In this document: in pieces, positions 35,863 through 41,722 of the stretch
Numbering within the stretch: the first letter of the stretch is position 1
Layout of the letters: the number at the start of each line of letters is the position of its first letter
DNA from: Azolla caroliniana
Lineage: Eukaryota > Plantae > Polypodiophyta
NCBI GenBank assembly: GCA_043228905.1
Contig: JBHGNT010000273.1
Coordinates: 1 to 41,722, forward strand
Direction: 5' to 3'
DNA: 41,722 bases
Made by a program: the position numbers and the translations under genes
The notes under the pieces: generated by a model
Database searches by the model: none
What the model saw: only the letters and a program-made list of their open reading frames with translations
What the model was told of the DNA's origin: nothing

Positions 35863-38852
35863 TTACATAGCAATCAATTCATCAACGTCATTTTCTTCAT
35901 CATCTTGTGTAGAACTGTCTTCGGCTATACGTGCATTGGTTTCCCCTGTTAGCCGAGCCAACGAAATATCTTCTATAAGCTCATCATCAAGCTCTATTAG
36001 CTCCCCCGGTTCGCCGGCTAACGGAGGAATAGGCTCTCGCGAAGCAGGTTGAAACCTTTCTGTATTGGCGAGGTTCTTTGCACCGACCTCCTCATCCTGG
36101 TCTGGGCACTCCCACAAAGCCTTAATCCGCATATTAATAAATATAACTTGGTCCTCGTCCTTCTCCAATGCAACTGTATTTCTAAACAGCTTCAATGCAC
36201 ATGCTGACGTAGTTCCTATGATGTAAGTAACAAGAAGATTTAGTTGTCAAACGAAAAAAAAGTGATTGGTTATCTCAAGATCGTTACCCTAGTTCGAGGA
36301 ATACCTGTGCCAGAAAAGAGATCTAATATCCAGTCTCCTTCGACAGAAAACATCTCGATCAAGCGCATCATAAGTCGTTGAGGTTTTTGGTATGGGTTGA
36401 CAAGTCCCCGTTCTGTCGTGGTGACATGTCGCAATTTCCGAGTCACTGCTGGATATACCAACAGATTTTAACCTCCCACTTCATTAGAATGCTCTTTGAT
36501 TCTCTGTTTTTTAATTTCATCGAAGTAGCCAACCGTTATGTATTCAATGGCATTAACGAACCGAAAAGTTGGCCCTCTATTTACATTGATCTTGATCCTA
36601 TAAAAAATAATTCATCGAGTTAAGAATAGATTCAACAACCTTAAGAATTGCAATATAATGAAAGACACCTATAAATAATCCTTACCATGCAAGGTTCTCG
36701 ATGCCATGGCAACGAGATCTCAAAGCTTGAGCTACCGAGTACCCTTGGTCCATACTATGAAAGACAACTATTCGCCACAAGGATGCGGTCGTTAGCTCAG
36801 CGAAATCCTTGACCATCTTCTCCAATTGTGTAAACCTAAACGGTTCATCGTCGTATGATGACCCAGCCATTCGAAATCCGTAAGGAATATCCGCAATCAT
36901 TAGCGTATATTCCTTCTTTGGCACCTTCTGGATCAAGTCGATGACATCACCGCAAACCACATTGTAGTAAAGATCTCTCGTAATATCTTTTTTGTGGCTA
37001 AATTTTTTAAACGAGCCATCTTCCTCCATTTCGTACGCCTTGACTAAGCAACGATCCTTTTCTTTTCTGGCTCGCTCAAGATGTGCAAGGAAGGATGTAG
37101 GGAAATCGTGTATATCCTTAACTTCTCCTTGTTTCTTGCCTCGACACGGTTTCTAATAGAAGCAATAGGACATCAGGTATTATTATACAAGCTCTACATA
37201 TGATGAAAGGGTAATGAAAAAACATGAATACTAACCCAATCCTTGAATGCAATAAAATACTCTGATAACGCCTTATACGAAGACGTTAGAGGATAATCCT
37301 CGGTCACTTGTTCCCAAGTTATACATCCAAGTTGTTTCATCATAACTTCTTGGATCTTCATGTACACCTTATGACTGTAAAATTAGAAATCAAGATTAGA
37401 ACTTTGAATTACACCAATGACAAAATAATTATATTGATCATGCTTTCTGATATCAAAATCTTCAATGGTTTCACATTCTTCAGGATCTACCATAACAATA
37501 AAAGGCACCACAGTGGCATGAGGATTTTGAACATGCATGCGGTGAGGCTCTCTAATCTCAAGTGGTCTTCGACCTGTTTTTTCATCAATAGGGGGCCGAT
37601 GGATGTGTGTTATAGGCAAATTAAATACTTGCCCTTTCCTGACCAGCTTCCGTTGCATTAACTCTCTCCTTATTTTATTCTGCTCGGATGACAAAACACC
37701 CGAGGCCAGCTCGGCTCCTGGCGTCCCCTTATTATCCTCTTCTTCATTTTCACTTGTTGAATCCGTATCCAACATTTTCGTTGTCTTCTTCTTGGCTGGT
37801 CTTGACTGGACTTTGGATACCTTTTTTGTGGCCTTCAAGGGGGAGGGCTCTTCATCTCTTAGAGTTACATGGCCTTGTATATAAGGCCTCAAGGTAACAA
37901 TCAGGTTTTGTGAGTTATCAAGTGCTTTTTTGAACACTTCAGGCCCACAAGATTCCTTTACTAAAAGGTCTTCTGAAAGGAACACTTTACGTACCCCCTT
38001 GGAGCACTCTATCATTACCAGTATGTTGGCCGAATCTGCATCTTTGTAGTCAAATCGTAGAATACGGCCATACATAAATGGGGTTTCTTTTCCAAGCTGC
38101 CCCTCACCCTTCTTCTTTGTTGTATACAATACGACTTTTTTCTTTGAGTCGACATATTGCATACACCATTCCTTGTCCGTTAGATCTCGGTCTGGAAGGT
38201 CTTCGCCTCCAGTAGCGGCGACAAGTTTCTTTTGGCTAACATCACTATGTGGCTGAGATTTTGTCTCTTCGTTAAAGAGAAGCTTTTTTCCTCTCTTCAT
38301 GGTCTCAGGAGCTACCTTGGTCTGGGCTTCGATTGGAGAACCTTGTATGCGAAGCTTAATTTTCTTCACGGGTCAGTCCGACAGGTTCTCAAACGACCTA
38401 TTTAAGAAAGTATATGCAAAAACATAACTTAGACAGTCACGTAGATTGAAGTTGTATATTATAATGAAGAACAGTTTCCAGGAGCAGTAACATATTCAAA
38501 AATCTAGTTCCTGTTTAAAACCTACACTATAAATAGGAACTCGATACGGCGTATCGAGTTCCTTTTTAAAATTCAAACTTTAAACACGAACTCGATACGG
38601 CGTATCGAGATTCTTTTTGAAACCTACACTTTAAACACAAACTCGATACGGCGTATCGAGTTCGTGTTTAAAACCCACACTTTAAACACGAACTCGATAT
38701 GGCGTATCGAGTTCGTGTATAAATATTTTGTATTGTATACATGAACTCGATACGCCGTATCGAGTTCTTGAGAAACGAAACATATTTACAAAAATGTTCA
38801 CAGTGTCAGAGGCCTACCTGGAGTCCTCGCGCTCGATTCTCTTTGAAGACAT
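35863..38852 (-). pseudogene. Spliced gene: ParB-like domain plus beta-class (permuted) N6-adenine/N4-cytosine DNA methyltransferase; disabled in this copy
   Basis: Manual exons 38852-38818, 38397-~37412, 37374-37236, 37152-36686, 36597-36305, 36215-35863. Four GT-AG introns keep frame. Motifs VVCGDVIDLI, MIADIPYG, W.K.N, QKPQRLMMRLIEMFS, ILDLFSGTG|TTSACALKLFRNTVALEKD. Stops at 38375-38373 and 36470-36468; probable deletion after YFVIG. Confidence 0.85.
38537..38767. repeat. Five 25-bp palindromes at ~51-bp period, in intron 1 of the methyltransferase gene
   Basis: Consensus GAACTCGATACG(G/C)CGTATCGAGTTC starting at 38537, 38588, 38639, 38690 and 38743. Confidence 0.95.
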
Positions 38853-38889
38853 GGTTGATCGTGTTGAAGTGGAGGCGGAGATCGCGCTT

Positions 38890-38970
38890 TCGTGCTTTGT
38901 GCTCTGAGTGCTTTGTGTGCTCTGTGTGCTCTCTACGTTCTGTGTGCTCTGTACGCTCTGTACGCTCTGG
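38890..38970 (-). repeat. 9-bp tandem repeat (ACAGAGCAC/ACAGAGCGT) in the putative 5' UTR
   Basis: Seen directly, between the TATA box and the ATG. Confidence 0.75.
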
Positions 38971-38993
38971 TGAGTGAAATATGACGAGGTCTT

Positions 38994-39004
38994 CCTATTT
39001 ATAG
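38994..39004 (-). promoter_or_regulatory. Putative TATA box of the methyltransferase gene
   Basis: Minus strand CTATAAATAGG about 145 nt upstream of ATG 38852. Confidence 0.55.
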
Positions 39005-39675
39005 GGATTGAACACATTGGTTAAAGTAACCATAGTCACCTTAACCAATGTTGGTAACTTTGAGGATAGTTAGTTGGTAACCATAGTGACATTAACTAGA
39101 GTAACTTATGATTGTATTAATGATTACAAAGTCAAACTAACATATTGATCAATCTTTTATAGTCATAACAACCTACAATGACTTCAAAGGTTATGAAGGA
39201 GACAATGATAGAGGTTCATGAATGTACCAATGATTGATTACTAAAAGCAACAATTTTTATGACTCTCAAATGTTATGTATTAAAGATGTGGGCATGAATT
39301 AACCAATGATTGCTAAGTCTAATATTTAAAATGGTGAGCATTAAAGAACCAATGCGTGAGACGTTCTATATCAAAATGGGTGCCATTAATTAGCCAATGA
39401 TTTTAACATTAATCCAACATATTCAAGGCTTGTTAATGATTAGTTTTATATTTTACTTGATTTAACGTCATTTAGATCTAGTTTATATAATGATTGATAA
39501 TTTAAATAAAATTACTTTATTAAAAATAATTTTTAGATGTATTGTATTAATAGAATATTACATAATATAGACATTCTATTGATTTGGCTTTTGTTTAGAG
39601 AGAAGTTTATGTTTAGGGAGGAGTATATGTTTAGAGAGGAGTATAACTTAGAGAGCCCTATCTAGACCTTAAGCC

Positions 39676-41722
39676 ATGAGTGAAGATTCACTGTTCTCGA
39701 TTGAAGAATATTGTTTGTCATCAGACCCATCGTTTTCTACTGAAGAGTATTGTTTGTCAACAGAGTCACCATATTCGATTGAAGAATATTGTCTGTCGAC
39801 CGACTCACCATATTCTATTGAAGAATATTGTCTGAGCTCATCTACAGGGAATGTAAATAATGACACATGTGAAGAGTTCTCTATTGAAGAATACGATATT
39901 AATTAAGATACCGAGAATGAAGGAAGTGCCCAGGAAACATTGAATAACATTGGCGATGGTCAGAACAGAGAATTAGACTGTAACAAGGTTACACCAACCT
40001 CTATGCAGGAAGAGAAATCTGGGAGCCCTATGCATATTAGAAGAATCCCACGAAGAATTCGTCTGGCTAGATTTAGCTTGGTGACATCAGATAAACAGAT
40101 TGGATTTGATGTCAACAAAATATGTTGTGCCCGTGGTTGTATGTCTATGATTGGAAAATCAAAGTTGTGAGAATTAAGGCGATACTATTTTTCGATGACC
40201 GGTGATGAGCATGACACTTACCTCGGATCACCTTTGCAACTAGTATCTGACAAATGTACGGGGATCAAAGTATCATTCGAGTATTATATCTTCCATGCGC
40301 AACAGATATGTAGAGTTGCATTCAAAATTGCGTTATGTGTTAGTAACATGCGGCTACATAGAGTACAACAACGTCTACTTAGCCGGGATCAGATGCTCAA
40401 TTGTAAAGAGGTTCCAAGTATGAAAGGTGCAATTGGAAGACTAGCTATTGGCTGGATGAAAACTTACTTTCAGTTAAATTGTGAAGTAATGCCCACTACA
40501 GGTAGGATGCATCTTTCGGATAATTATACCCGTCGGGAAGTTTATGATGTCTATCGATCTGAAATGCTGGGCTCACGTAATAAGTCTATCACCTATAGCC
40601 AATTCACAAGATTATGGAGAGCTCGGTTTTCAAATGTTATTATTCCTCGTAAAGTACGTATGGGGTATTGCTCCATTTGTGCAAATCTTAAAAGTTTGGC
40701 TAAAGGTGCAAAGACATCAATGGAAAAGGATACGAGTAAGAAGTTACTACAAGAGCATCGTGAGGCACAATCCTTAGAACGAAGGAAGGCGATGCATCAT
40801 AGAGAGAAGTGTTTGAAGAGGCCTGAACAATACATGTGCTTAATGATAGATGGCATGGACCAGAAAAAGACATGCTTGCCGCATATGCGGAGGCTCCCCA
40901 AAGATGTCAATGATGAGTGCCTTGTTCAAATGCACTTGGTGGGATGCTTGGCTTATAATAGGTCTGTTCGACCTCACGTCTTCATTACTTACCCCAATGT
41001 TCACAATGACCCTAACCTAACAGTTACAGTGATTCACCGAGTTTTGATGTCTTGGGGACAACCTTTCCCCCCTGTTCTATACATTCAATTGGACAATACT
41101 GCTAGAGAGAACAAAAATTCAACTGTATTTGGCTATCTAAGTATGTTGGTCAACCTAGAATTGTTTAGGAAAGTGAAAGTCAATTTCCTTTTGGTTGGCC
41201 ACACACATGACCATATAGATCAGATGTTTAGCACATTCTCCAGACAGTTGTCTCGGCATGATGCTTTCACTTTACCTAAACTATTTGATGTCATTTGTGA
41301 TGCATATACACCACGCCCAAAAGTGTTACACTTGAAGGAGGTATATGACTTTAAGAGATATATATTAGATGGGGGTGGTGGGAATGTTAAAGTGCTTGCT
41401 CAGTTAAACAATATAAGTTTCAATCACATTTTTTTGATAAAGAAAAATGGAATAAGTGGTTCTACACTTTTGTATGCTAAACAATATTCATCTTCTACAA
41501 CATGGGAACCTGAAGGTGGTTGCCAGTTATTACTTTGTATGCCGAGTACAATTGTCCATGGAGTTAAGCAAATGCCAATTGAGAAGAAAGGACAGTTGCA
41601 GAGCGACTTGGTATCAGAACAAAAACGGTCATGGCTCCAAGCCTTAGAAGAAAAAAGAAAGCATATTGAGGCCGCCAAGAAATATGCCGCACAACAAGAC
41701 ATGTCATGGTGGGATGTATTTT
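39676..41722 (+). pseudogene. Sola-like DDD transposase (DUF7869-type), running off the window; largely missed by the ORF track
   Basis: One frame from ATG 39676 with stops at 39904 and 40168, then open to the window end. ICRVAFKIAL, FTRLW..IP..CSIC, IDGMDQKKT (40846), QLDNTARENKN (41092), FLLVGHTHDHIDQMFS (41197). Confidence 0.85.
39694..39840 (+). repeat. 39-bp (13-aa) tandem repeat at the transposase N-terminus
   Basis: (F/Y)SIEEYCLS(S/T)DSP four times, plus a partial copy near 39877. Confidence 0.9.

Noticed and set aside
38537-38767. CRISPR array
   Set aside because: The spacers resemble each other (TTTAAAAC..ACACTTTAAACAC), no cas genes are present, and the array lies in a spliceosomal intron.
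35863-38852. Bacterial contamination or a restriction-modification operon
   Set aside because: Frame-preserving GT-AG introns, a TATA promoter, no adjacent endonuclease, and contiguity with plant retroelements.

Overview
Eukaryotic, plant-type heterochromatin with no ordinary host gene. The element lineages suggest a non-seed land plant such as a bryophyte (inference). Bases 1-34800 are nested LTR retrotransposons: (1) a + strand non-chromoviral Ty3/gypsy with gag-pol and a long extra 3' ORF, interrupted by a young, internally deleted Ty1/copia; (2) two related tRNA-Trp-primed gag-only LTR families, one with an intact 1428-aa ORF and apparently identical LTRs; (3) chromodomain Ty3/gypsy remnants, copia RT fragments and solo LTRs. 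The standout is 35863-41722. A Sola-like DDD transposase gene (+) is divergent from an intron-containing gene (-) for a ParB-like domain plus a bacterial-type beta-class amino-DNA-methyltransferase (DIPY...DLFSGTG). That gene's first intron holds five phased 25-bp palindromes. Both genes carry premature stops in this copy. Other oddities: a tRNA-Arg 3'-end copy where a polypurine tract is expected, antisense tRNA-like cassettes in four LTRs, and a 239-bp duplication flanking the gag-only element. All calls come from motif recognition and manual translation, with no database search.
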